Positions 45,601 to 58,275 of a stretch of 64,000 bases of DNA are shown piece by piece. The stretch's first letter is position 1. Each line of letters begins with the position of its first letter. The translations under genes were made by a program, and so were the position numbers. The notes under the pieces were generated by a model that did no database searches, had not been told where the DNA came from, and saw only the letters and a list, made by a program, of their open reading frames with translations. The stretch is taken from NCBI GenBank assembly GCA_036867785.1, contig CP145411.1:1736001-1800000 (forward strand). Reading direction: 5' to 3'. The DNA is from Plasmodiophora brassicae (taxonomy: Eukaryota).

Positions 45601-48600
45601 TACCGGATACCAAGGACAACTTCCGATAGGTGTCCCAGGTCGTAGCTAGTTTCTTTTGACAAGACTTCCTTCGCGAACTGGCTAGTATCGCAGAAGAGTC
45701 GTCCCCCAGACACGGCAACAATTGAAGACATCCCATCGTTAGCTGCCTTCGTCCTTGGTTGACGACTCCGCCTTAGCCGACCCAGCTGCATCCCATTGTC
45801 AGGATCTTCGTGACGAGTAGCACGGAGTAGTACACACCTTAGACCATTGACCAATGTGATGGAATCCAATCCGGGAAAGGACAATATCCAGAGTTGCACT
45901 GCCAGACATTTGCGTCAACGTTTCGGAAGCAACGTAAGATATAAGCATACCCAAACAAGCCATGCCCAACTATAACGTCCGGATCGAGTGCATGCAGTCT
46001 TGCCAACATGAGCGACAGAAGCGCTCGCTCAGACGGGGAACATGTAATAGGTAGTTTCTGCATGAGACCCAACAAACCCAACGAATTAAACACGACCGGG
46101 TGCATTGTCACAATGGTACTGACGTTATGAGCGATAGTCGCAATGAGGTCAGGAGGCCATGACCCTCCAGACAGTGGTCGCACGATAGAGAAGGCCTCCG
46201 TTGGATCGGTTTGGTCAGTTGGTGAATCAACTGCGACGTCGTTGTGGAACAGGCCAGTAACAGCAACGATCTCATTGACGTGCGTATCGCTATTGAAGAC
46301 GCATGTGATATTAAGGGAAAGAACAGACACTGAGGGTGGAGGACGGTCTAAAGAACCCGTTTCAACGTTCCCCAGCCAAGACACGGATTGAATGACGAAT
46401 ACCTTCAATCTTTGTAACGTTTTTCGGAGAGCTGGTGGTAAACTCTGCCTTGCACCACGTGAGAGAAGCGGAGCTCTCAGTAACGTTCGTGATCCGCAGC
46501 CATTGAGGACCCATCAGATCGCGCTGCGCGTGAGAAAATTCAATACGCATGTTCAAGCATCAGACGGAAACCGTGTTCACCTTAAGCAAGAACAACTCCA
46601 ATGTCGAGGTTTTCGTTCCGAACACGTGCGAGAACGTCGTACCGCGTAAATCTCTAACCCATGTTCAGTACACAACGGTGGGCACCACACCGAGAGGCGG
46701 ACCGCGGTAGATCAGGGAGAGCGGCGGAATAGACGACCTTCATAACGTCCGCCTCAAGTGGTACCTTGCCGTCTAAGCACAAAGGAGTGTTTAAGCGCAA
46801 TAGATTGTCGAGATTCCAACGACTCTTACCCGGGTTGTCGAAATTGTACTTCCGTCGTACTGCAACATGAATACAAATTAGCGAAATGAACACATACAGA
46901 AGTTCCGACTGTCAGACCGAAATTTGTCGCCCAACGGGAGATGCCATGTTTACGAGCAATTTCCCCGAACTCTTCCCAAACCATTTTCGGTTCGACCTCT
47001 TGGTCAGTAACGCTGTTCTCATCATTAGCGTCTGGGCACACGTCTGATCAGATATCAGGCATCCAGTGTCGCCCCGCGGAGGCACTGACCAGCAAGAACA
47101 TGGGAACGTGGCCCGACGTAAACGTTGCGATCGATATTCTCAACAGTTATACAGCAGCTAACGAAACGATTTGGTTCGCTCTTGAGTGCCGTCTTGCCAA
47201 AGAGATAAACGCGGCCTGCGCGCAAGTAAGAACAAACGATTCGACGAGGTAGGTACGGATGTACAACCAGGGAGTTGCGGATCCTCGTACGCATCCAGCC
47301 AATAGAGTTCCAACGATCCAGAGTCATCAAGAAGGTTCGATACCTGAGACAAACCAGCTGTAAGTACAAGCGTGCAACGCTGCGCAACGAAGAGCTCAAC
47401 GAACATTGACAGAAGCAGGCGGACCCGTATTCGTCGCCTGATTTGCCGGCGCCTGTGCACCGCTTTGCATCCATGTCGAAGTCACCGTAGGCAGTGCAGA
47501 TGTAACAACAGCTGCGCGTTTACGATCAGTCATGCAAACGTTCAGCTGCTATGCAAACCTACGAGGAGGCGGAGCGATCGGAACTGCGGGTTCCGCTTTC
47601 CTGGTGACCACACCGTCTTCCTCGTGTGATGGCGGCAAACTGACAGACGCGTCATTGTTTGCATCCAGGGTTGCATCGCCATTGCCACTGGAATCCGCGT
47701 TCGCCGTCGACAGGACCTGTGTAGGAACCGTTTCCGGCAGCGCTACAGCAGGTGGCAACACGTCATGAGAATTTGGATGCCGTGATGCAGGCCTTTCTTC
47801 TTGGGAAATCGGCTTAGAAGCCTTAGTGGCCTGCGCGCGTCCTGAAGGTCGCCATCCAATGAGGGCTTAAATAATTCAGTAACGTTTGCAGCTTCATACC
47901 AACGCGCTCCATCGCTGCAGCCTGATGAACCTTCTCGATCTGATGCGCTTGCCCAAACAGTGCCAATTCTTGAGTGTCGATCGTGTCAGGCTGACAAGGT
48001 TGCCCATCATCATTGTCGTCCGGGTTCTCAAGCAGGTCATCTAGCAGGCTCTGATGTGCCATTTCCGTCTGAGCCAGGAGCCTACTCCACCGTTAGGTTC
48101 AGATACCCGTAAACGGTATGCCTGAGGGATGTTACGCAGCGGTAGATACGGGCTTGAGTTGATCAGGCTTTGGTGGCGCTTGTGGCAGGAACGCAGACGC
48201 CAATGGTTTCGCAGGGGCATCGGTCTGCATGCAAATTAATAACACGACAGCAGGGACGGCAGAATCCTTAAGAGGTACCTTGCGAGACCGTTTATGGGCT
48301 CGAGCGTTTACATTGGTCACTTCCTTATCGTCGGGATCCTCCTGCTCCCAGTCATCTTCTCCATTGTCAACGTATCTAAGTATGTGCGATCAACGACTAT
48401 CCATCATGTGAACAAACAGAACAATACGCACCCATGCCCGTCATCGACAATGAACGAATCACAGTTTCCGCGGCGCCGGCTCGATACGACACGATCATAC
48501 TCATCCTCGGATACCGATTCGTAGACGAGATCGTCGTTCAGCTGTGAGGCGCATGTCAGCAACGCACATGGCACCCGGGACCGCCACCCACCCACCTGCA

Positions 48601-48685
48601 GCTGGTCGAGCTGGCGCTTGCCTGTCTTCTTCGCGTTGGCGATGGCCACCAGCGCGGATGCCCGACGGTTGCCGTCCTTCGTCAT
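42650..48685 (-). CDS. POLA1: DNA polymerase alpha catalytic subunit (many introns)
   Basis: [85 protein letters not shown], and two C-terminal Cys clusters. Confidence 0.96.
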
Positions 48686-49265
48686 GAAACCCGTGCAGCA
48701 GCCAATGGACGGCGTCCCCCCAAAAATCGGACGCCCCCTCCCGCGCAAACCACGCTTTCGCGCGCGGTTCCGCTGGGTATACGAGAAGTTGCGCATGGAG
48801 TGAGTCGCATGCATGATGAAGCTGTCGCGAACAAACCACGTTCCTGTCGGTCTGCATGGCGTGCGGCAGTGTCGGCATAAGAGGCCACTCGGTTTCATAC
48901 AATAAAAATCCGATCGTTAATTGCAAGCGTTTGTTTATAAATTGTGGCATCGCTCTAGAGTGTCATGTTAAATCTGGCAGACGCGAAGAGAAGCACGACA
49001 CAGAACCACCGGGCCTCGTTATTGGTAACCGTGAGCTTCATCGGACGTGGCTGCACTCTGTTCTAGTAAACAACCGAATCTTGACTATTTATTGTCTTAT
49101 GCGAGCGTCTCGCGCACATGGATGCACGCAATCACATTCTGCGAACCGCATGATGCGGATTGTAGACGAATCTCTGGTTTTGAGGACGCATGTTCTGCAG
49201 CCACAGACAGGAAACGAAGTCTCACGAGTTCCAACATGTTTGCAAACCCCATGTCCGATGAAAGC

Positions 49266-51696
49266 TCAACGGGCACGAGACTTGTGGAATTCCGAGTACG
49301 ACTGCCGGAGTGTTTCACTGAGGCCCGGATGAACTCGCGATATGGCCGCATGGAGGTCGCCCATTTGCTAACATGGCGCAGTGAGTAAAACAGTAACAGA
49401 CAGTGGCGAATGTGAACGCACGACTGATTTGCTGTCGAGGTCTCGTCGAAGGGCGTTGATCGCAGCTTCACGGCAAACACTCTCGATCTCGGCACCCGTG
49501 TACCCCTTGAGTAATTCACACGATACGGCCTCGAGGTCAACGTCAGGAGCGAGCGGCATGCCTCGAGTATGCACTTCGACAATAGCGCGTCGCCCGAGTG
49601 CATCAGGTTCGGGAACCTGGAGATATCCAGGTAATCAGATGCCAGCAGCACCCAAATTGGGATCGACGGTTACGAAGACGATTTGGTCGAACCGACCGGG
49701 ACGAAGCAGGGCGTCGTCAAGCATCTTGGGGCGGTTTGTTGTGGCTACGACTAGGATCTGTGATGCGCTTCCGACCCCATCCATCTCATTCAGCAGAGTA
49801 GACAGCACCTACAGTTGAAACCTGAGTAACGTGCCATGGCAACAAAGAGCACGAACAAACTGACCCGACGTTGGACATTGTTGCCATCAGAAGCTGAAGC
49901 GCGATTAGTGACAATGGCGTCAATTTCGTCCAGAATGATCATGCACGGGGCATTATCACGAGCACGACGAAACACATCCCGGATGCATCGTTCCGCTTCA
50001 CCGACAAACGCGGAATACACGCGAGCCGGGTCCAGCAGCAGAATGGACCACTGGTCTGATGTACTTCCAACCAGCGCTCTGGCTAGGGTCGTCTTGGCGC
50101 ATCCAGGTGGCCCTAGAAAACGTTAGAACGGGCCTGGTACACAATCTACTCGACCTACCGTAAAGAAGGATGCCACGAGGACGATCGATGCCCATATGGG
50201 AATATACCTCAGGATACAGCATGGGGCCCTCGATGATTGTCCTCAGTGTCGTCTTTACACGATCAAGGCCGCCAATATCATCCCACTACATTGCCATGAT
50301 CAACGCTGCTGTCGGCGCGAGCATGAAATCATTACAAGACCTTCGCAGGCTTAACTGGCACGGCAAACTCCTTCCGAGATGACGACGCTGGGATCCGATG
50401 CAGTGCGCCGTTAAGGTCGTCATTACACACTTGCGTCCGTCCGTCACTTAGCGCCACAAGCGATGCCTCCTGGGCGACCTACAAACCGCATATAAGTACC
50501 AGAGACGCATGTGACAGCGCGCACAAGTCGGCAACCTGTCGCAGATCGGATCCAGTGTAGCCCACCGCCTTCGATGCACACATCTCGATCGCATCGGCGC
50601 CAACCTTCGGCAAATACAATGACAGGACGGCAGATCGTTGGGCAACGTCTCCAGCAGTAACGCCGATCTCGTAGTCAAATCGCCCCGGCCGCCTCAGTGC
50701 CAGATCGAGCGAGTCGACGTTGGCCGCCACGCCAATTACAATAGAGCCAGAGGCCGTAGCGCCTTGATCCATACAAACCAGAAGCTGCCCTAACAGTCTA
50801 CGGCGGTCCCGGTCCCGACCACCGATCGCATCGATGGCATCGATGACGATCACGCCGTCAAGGCCCACATGATCGAATACAGACACCAGCGCGCGTTCGG
50901 CAGCGCCAGGCGTTGCCATGGCAGACAGAGCTCTGCCATCAAGCCGAGCAACTTGTGTCTGGCCCAATTGGCACAGCGCAGAATCAACCAGCAATGTCTT
51001 GCCGGAACCACTCGGCCCATGCACGATGACGCCACGCGGACGCCAACGAGGGTCCAGAGACAACAACGACACCAAACGGGGGAAGGCGTCACCAAGCGCC
51101 TCAACTCTTTCAAACACGGCGCCGGTCTGGATCGGATGCATAACAGGCGGCTCTCGGCAAAGCACAATATTCGTCGATGAAGTGAGAATTACAGGCGACG
51201 CGGACGGTTTGCACGACTGGATGCGGCAGGGGACCGGAGGACGACCACGCCACAACACCAGCGACAACGTGGAGCCAGGTTCAACAACAACATCCTGGCG
51301 GTGAAGCGCAGATCGAAGAATGGAGGCGGAAAGCAACTCGAACTCATGGTCCGGAATGACGACATCCACGTGGAACGCGGCCGACAAGCGAGGCAGGGCG
51401 CGCAACACGCCAGGCATGCGCTGGGCATTCCGTCCAGGCAGGCAGTGATGCCCGGGGCTCGGAACCGACGACAGTACGATCACTTCGTCAACAGGCGACG
51501 TGGTCGACGACAACGGGATCGGATGCGCCGGGCCCAGCATGCGCCGCCCGGCCTCCGTCGTGAACTCGACGGCGGCGCCCAGCGCCATCTTGCCATTCGC
51601 GAACATCGAAGCGGGGACGAGGATGGCCCCGACGCTGACGACATCGTCGTGGTCGCCGGCGACGACGGCCACGCACGGCAGCGCTCCCGACGCCAT
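49266..51696 (-). CDS. AFG2/SPATA5L1-like type II AAA+ ATPase
   Basis: D1: GPSGSGKT and [10 protein letters not shown]2: [25 protein letters not shown] and [20 protein letters not shown]. Confidence 0.85.
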
Positions 51697-51734
51697 CCCG
51701 ATCCGACCAATTGCAGTCTGCGGAAAAGAAGGCC

Positions 51735-51806
51735 CTGAAACGCGAATCCGCGCCTGTTGCGGACTGTACACTGAAACGCGAATCCGCGCCTCGCACGGAC
51801 TGCACA
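51735..51806. repeat. 2 x 36 bp tandem repeat in a divergent promoter
   Basis: CTGAAACGCGAATCCGCGCCT...CGGACTGYACA at 51735 and 51771. Confidence 0.88.
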
Positions 51807-51875
51807 GTTTTCGTCCACAGTCCAGACGGCTGGCGAAGGCCGTGGGGCAGATTGTGCGTAGGGCGGAAGTGGTCG

Positions 51876-54800
51876 ATGATGGCGTCCGGTGCTGGCCCGG
51901 GCGAGGTCGTTGCGGGGGCGGCGACTGGCGCGTCGTCGTGCACGGTGCCGCAGCCTCCCGACGGCGCCGTCATCGGGTGTGGCCAGGAACACGACGCGCT
52001 GACCGTCTGCCACCCGTGGATGAACCTGGGCGTTGCCACGGTCGCCCAAGTACGTCGAATCGAAAAATCCCGCCCGCGTACGAATGGCTGATATGTGCTA
52101 GTTGAACGATTATATTCAGTCAGTGTTGCACGCCGAACCGCCTGTCTGCGAAGCCGTTATGGAAGACGTCGACAACGTCGCCCCGGTGCCGGTGTTGATG
52201 CCCGATCCCCGACGGCCTGTTGCGGAGGCGGCCCCGATTGAAACCGACTCTGCCCCGCAACCTGACAACGTGGACCACAATGCTGCCCCAGACGTGCAAG
52301 TCGTCCAAGCACAACGCGTCTATCCAGCTACGTATTTGGCACCCCCACCCGACCAGGTCCATTTCTTTCGTCTTCGTCTGGTTGACCGAGTTTATCGATT
52401 GTGTTTCACGTCATTCTCGATATTGCGCTTGTCAGAAACCTTCCGGCTTGACTAACATGTGGCACCCGGGGGATTGTCAGAACGTGGACGTTGCCCGGCT
52501 CCAGTTCTACCAGCAGACGGCGTCGATCCTGGCACCGAGCACGTTGCAGGCAGCGTCCATGTCCGTGGCCAGCATGGTGGTCAGCGACCCGAACCTGCTC
52601 GATTCCGTAACGCGCGTCATGTGCCTGGCCACCCTGTTCTGAGCTAAACGTGCTGCCGTTGCTGCCTGCTGGCCTCAGGTGCGATCCAGTGCCGTTGCCT
52701 GTCGGGCGCCACAGCCACCCGATGGCCGATGGCTGGGCTGCGGCCAGGCTGAGCACTATCCAGTCTGCTGTCTAGCGTGGGCCCAACAAGTACGGGCAAA
52801 TGCGGGTGTCGTACTTGCCAGATCAGTGCTGACGCGTACCCAGGGATTGACGCATGCGGACCAGATACAGCCGTACCTCAAGCAAGTCAACGCTGGCTTA
52901 GCGTCGACAGCAGCGCTGTCGGGAAACCGACTATGCTCCATGCGGCAACCGCCCGTGGCCGGGCAAACAGGAGCGCTGCGCAAAGGCTGTGGCCAGGCGG
53001 CACACCCCGACCAAGTCTGTGCCAGCTGGCTGGCGCAGGGCGTGTTCACGCTGCTGGAAGCGCGCCAGAAACTTCTGGAATGGAAGAAGCAGACCCCTGC
53101 GCAGACTGTCAAAAGCGAGCCCAGGTCGTCTAACTTCTCACGAAGACGCCCATTGCGATGTGCTCTGACCGTACAATGTCAGGGTTCGTAAACGCCCTGA
53201 CCGGGATCGATGTATCGTGCCGCAGCCTCCGGACGGCGCTGTTCGCGGATGCTCTTCGTCAGGCCATCATCGTGGCGAGGTGTGCGACGCCTGGAAGGGC
53301 CGAGGAATCACAACGTTCCCGGAGATTCGCGAGTTCCTGATGAACTGGCACAAGGACCATCCGGATTCGAACCGGAAGCCATGCACCTTCGTGCAGCCGC
53401 CGGACGGCGTGCTTCGCGGGTGTGGTGCTCCTCATCACAAGGGCCGGGTGTGCGGGTCGTGGGCCGAGCACGGTATCCTGTCGAGGCAGGACGCTCTGAA
53501 CAAGCTTCGCGAGGACAAAGGCGACACGAAGGTCAAACTGTTCAAGTCCAGGTCGGATGCTGAAAAGCTGTGCAACCTGCCGCAGCCGCCGGACGGGCGG
53601 GTCATCGGATGCGGCGAACCGTTCCATCGGATGAACGTGTGCGATAGCTGGGTGGCGTTCGGCGTGCCAAACCGTGAAGGTGTTAAGGTACCTGGTCTCG
53701 TCCGTGCTCTGTCGCGTTCTGCTGCATGTAACGGCGCCCTGGTTAGACGTATGTGGACAAGTATCGCAGTGATCATGGCATCACTGGGACTCTGGCGAGA
53801 GTATGCCGTGCGCTTCAACCACCTGATGGGCGCATTAAGGGTTGCGGTCTCGGATGGCATCGTGGTGCTTGCCCTACCTGGAAGGTCGACGCTGTCAACT
53901 TGCAGCGTGACGCCGTTTCATTCTAATCACACGCTTCTGTAGGCGCTTGGCCTTAATGATCGTAAGTCCATGCAGGAGTACATACGGTCGTTCATCAGCA
54001 AGTCGGATGGGCCGTCGGACGGCGACAGGCTGATTGGCCCACAAACCCGGTCTAGCCACCTGGGCATATCCCGTGTCAGCAAGTTTCCCGAGTTTAGTCA
54101 GGATCGAGATAGCAGCGTGCGCCTGTTCCTGGAAGGCGACTTTGACCGATCCGTGCACGAGCTGACGAAACGGTCAGGTGTTTGGACCACTTTTTATCGG
54201 CGTTGTTTGCTGACGTCCGTCGCAGGATCCGGAAGGATCCCGACAATGCCAAGCTGTACAACAACCGAGGCGTGGTGTATGCCGAGCGCGGCTGGCCTGA
54301 TCTGGCTCTTCGTGACTGGGCCAAGGCCGTCCTGTTGGACCCGTCGTTGGCGGACGCGTACGCCAATCGCGCCCTGGGACGCGTCGGCGTATGCAAACCC
54401 GTGCTGGCCTCGGATGATTGCAAATCGGCCATGGCTTTGCTGCGTGACGACCCGGACGAGGACGTCCTCATGACCCTGGCCATGGCGTTGTACGAGACTG
54501 GCGACTTTGACGGCTGCCTAGCGGAGTGTACCAAGGTGCATGGGGGTGCTCAGGGTTGCCCCTAGGAACGTTGCCCCCCTGACCGTCCAACACAGGTTCT
54601 GGACATATCGTCGGATTCCGTCCAAGCCAGGACGTTGACGGGATTGGCGTACGGTGCCAAGAAGCAATACGTGGACGCAGCGGAAATGTTCGAAGCCGCC
54701 CTGGAGCTGTCTCCTGACAATGCGCGCCTGTCCCAGCTGCTCGGCCTAGCGCGAAAGAAACTGGACCCGAACGCGGCGCCCTCGGGGGACGCGGACCAGC

Positions 54801-54988
54801 CCGGGAGAGCGCCGTCCGCCAGCGGCAGCGTCGTCGGGAGCGACCAGGAAACGCTGAGCGACTTCGACCAGTCCGACCTGGACGACGACGCCATGCCCCT
54901 GGACGACGACGACGAGTTCGACCGGCAGTCGAACGCCGCGGAGGACGACGACACGCTCAGCGACGAGGTCACCGATGACGACGGCTAA
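51876..54988 (+). CDS. Protein with seven Cys/His QPPDG repeats, TPR repeats and an acidic C-terminal tail
   Basis: Repeats begin at about 51939, 52700, 52934, 53211, 53382, 53571 and 53804. In-frame splicing links repeats 6 and 7 to TPRs (LYNNRGVVYAERG, AYANRALGR) and a D/E-rich tail. The 5' junctions were not all checked. Confidence 0.75.
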
Positions 54989-55405
54989 CAGCGCTCTACC
55001 TAGCATGGACACAGTACAGGAGCGTCCCATGTATTTATCGATGCCGTCAGCCCTTTTACCGATGCGCATCCGCGTCACATCCATCAGGCGTACGTTCGGC
55101 GCAGGCCCAGTTGAGGATAGTATCTGGGCAGGAGCCGCTGGAAGGCCCCCCTGGCCGCTGTGATGAGCAGCAGGCAGCACCCGGCACGGGTCGTCGTTCG
55201 TCACAGGGTATCGGACGCGCGTCGAGATCGGCGATTGGGCAATAATTCTCGATTCGCTCTCGAGGCCCACAGACGCCACACGCGACTCCAGAAGTACGGT
55301 CGAAACGTCGTCCGAGAGGCCCGCGCCTGGCTGCCACACTGTTCCAGACGTCGTTCGCGTGCCTGCCTCGGGAGAAGTCCCCCGTTGGTCCAGCGCGGGT
55401 GGGCG

Positions 55406-57354
55406 ATGCCCGGCAAGCAACGGTACCGGTTCCTGTTCCTCTGCGATGCGTTCAACTCCATGTGCCAGCGCGCCATGCTGCGCCTGGAGGCCCAGGGCCA
55501 CCAGGTCGTCGTGCACATCGCGCGGTCGCCCGCCGGCATGATCCAGGCGGCCGCGGTGCACGACCCGGACATCATCCTGTGCCCGTTCCTCACCAGGCGC
55601 ATCCCGTCCGACCTGTACCGGGACACGGCCCGCCCCTGCTGGTACGTCGACGGCGACCATCGCAGAGTGTGTCGGCTGACGGAAACGCTCCCCTCCGTTG
55701 TCGCGCAGGATCGTGCACCCGGGCATCGAAGGCGACCGCGGGATGTCCTCCCTGGACTGGGCTCTGCAGGGGCGGAGCCCCGTCTGGGGCGTCACCATCC
55801 TCCAGGCGGACGACGTGATGGACGCTGGACCGTATGCCATTCGCCACGTTCCGTTTGTCGTTCGACGTGACCCGGGTTGTTGTTCCTGGCGTAGGGTCTG
55901 GGCCACGACGACGTTCCCGGTTCGGCCCGGCGCCACCAAGTCGGGCACGTACCGTCGCGAGTGCGTCGACGCCGCCATGGCGTGCCTGGACGCCGCCCTG
56001 GCGTCGTTCGCGGGCGGCGGGCGCCCGCGGCCGGCAGCGCAGGACGGCCCGGGCCGGGCCCGACCGCGCATGACGCAGGCGGATCGCCGCATCGACTGGG
56101 ACGCCATGTCCGCCGACGAGATCGCCCGGCGCGTCGCGGCCGCCGACTCCCAGCCCGGCCTGGAAGCCGTCCTGCCGGGCGCGTCGGCGCCCGTGTCCCT
56201 GTTCAACGCGTGCGTCGCCCGCGACTGGCGCCCGTCGTCGTCGGGCCCCGCGTCCGGGTCGCTGATCGCGCTGCGCGACGACGCCGTCCTGATCGCCTGC
56301 GAGCGCGGCCGGTCCGCCGTCTGGATCGGGACGATGCGGGTCGGGCGCAACGGCATCAAGGTGCCGGCGCGCGACGCCCTGGCGGCGGTGACGCGCGACG
56401 ACGACGACGCGGTGACGCGGCCGTGTCGCCCGGTGCGGGCGTCGCCCGGCCTGTTCGTCGAGTTCGGCAGGGCGCCGGACGGGTTCCAGGAGGTGTACGC
56501 GTGGAGGCACCCGCGCGCCGACGACGTCGTGTTCCTGTGGTTCGACTTCTACAACGGCGCCATGTCGACCCGGCAGTGTCGTCGCCTGTGCCGCGCGCTC
56601 GACAATCTCCTCGACGGGACGTCGTCGCCGCCGCCGCGCGTCCTGGTCCTCATGGGCGGCCCCGGGTTCTTCTCCAACGGCATCAACCTGAACACGATCG
56701 AGGCGTCCGCCGACCCGGTCGCCGAGTCGGCGGACAACATCGTCGCCATCGACGACGTCGTCGAGCGCGTCCTGCACGCGACCGGGACCGTGACGGTGTC
56801 GGCCCTGATGGGCAACGCGGGCGCCGGCGGCGCCATGATGGCCATCGCCGCCGACCATGTCTGGGCGCACGCCAACTCGGTCCTGCTGCCGTCGTACGCC
56901 AACATGGCGCTGTTCGGCAGCGAGTACTGGACGTATTCGCTGCGGCGCCGGGTCGGCCCCGACCTGGCGCGCTCGCTGGCCCTGGCGGGGAGGCCCGTGT
57001 CCGCCCACGAGGCGCACCGCATCGGCCTCGTCGACCGCATCGTCAGCGACGACGCGCACGGGTTCGTCGACGCCGTTGCCGATCACGCCGGCGACCTGGC
57101 CGTCGACGTGGAGGCGTTCCTGCGGCGCAAGGCGGCAGCGGCGCCGGCGGAACAGCGACGCATGCGGTCAGTGAGCGCTGTCTAGGCGTGTGTGATGCTC
57201 CATCGGTGCCCGGCTGACCGGCCGCGCCACCCTACGCAGGCTGTGCCGGCGCCTGGAGCTGATGCACATGTACGACTGCTTCCGCAGCGACGAGTACGCC
57301 GCGCGCCGACGCGACTTCGTGTACAAGTCGGCGGCCATGCCCTGCCGCAAATGA
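55406..57354 (+). CDS. hypX: HypX/HoxX-like enzyme (formyltransferase domain + crotonase domain)
   Basis: FLCDAFNSMCQRA, PDIILCPFL, IVHPGIEGDRGMSSLDWA, WGVTILQADDVMDAGPVWA, FDFYNGAMST, FFSNGINLNTIE, GNAGAGG, SYANMALFGSEYWTYSL, RRDFVYK; three GT-AG introns. Confidence 0.92.
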
Positions 57355-57782
57355 CCGTGTAGTAAACAGGATCGTTCGTTGGCGACGCTCGGCGTTCAGT
57401 CCAGGCCGCACCGTTCGGTGCCCACAGTCGCTCACGATACCGTGATCCCGGGCCTCAGCTGTAGGATGGTAGCCGCGCCAGGGGCAGGCCAGTCCGGCCG
57501 CACATCGAAGTCTGGCCTGGCCTGGTCAGTTCTGCGCGACACGGCGCGCTTCGCACATTTCGAAGTGCGCGCCCGTCGTACCTGACTGACGAGCCAGGCC
57601 ATGCTCTCGATCGGCACGCCTTGCGTGACGCGGCAGCAGGCTGCGACGAACGGTCGCCATGTAGAAACGCATGCGCAACGTTCGAGAGCGTTCTGGATCG
57701 GTGCCGGCAAGCGCGCCGGCAATGCGGACGGGAGAATGGCAGGTGCCCCGGAGCATATACCGTAAGGCAAGCGCAGGGTGAC

Positions 57783-57965
57783 ATGTGCCCGTTCCGGTTC
57801 CTGGTTCTCGCGTTTGCTGTTCTCGTTGCACTGTGGCGCTACGTTTTCAGATGCAGGCCAGCCGACGAATCAGGCAGCAGCGCCCGGGAGCCGGCTGTCG
57901 ATCCAGCACCGGCAGCCCCCGTCGGAGACGTCGCCTCCGCCGACGACCATGACAAGTTGCTGTAA
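57783..57965 (+). CDS. Possible small single-pass membrane protein (may extend upstream)
   Basis: MCPFRFLVLAFAVLVALWRYVFR followed by an Ala/Pro/Asp-rich tail; no family recognised. Confidence 0.3.
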   Translation: MCPFRFLVLAFAVLVALWRYVFRCRPADESGSSAREPAVDPAPAAPVGDVASADDHDKLL

Positions 57966-58275
57966 AAGGGGGGCGCTTGTCCAGGACGCGTTGAGTAAAC
58001 CAGAGTACTGATAGTTCGATACCGACGAATGAAACGTGGTCGGGTCGGGCTTCGCTGGCTAAAATTGGAAACACGCGATTAGTCGTCGCATCGATCTGCT
58101 TGACGTGGCCCGATCGCCGGATCGACCGCGACCGGAGCGATGGGCTTCAGTTCTAAGGGCGCCGTCCAGTTACTAGACCACCTCTAACGACGATATCTTA
58201 TACTGCCCCTTCCGAGCCGGAGAGCAGCCTCAGCCCATGGGCAGGCGGTTGCCGATATCGTGCACGCCGTCGGAA

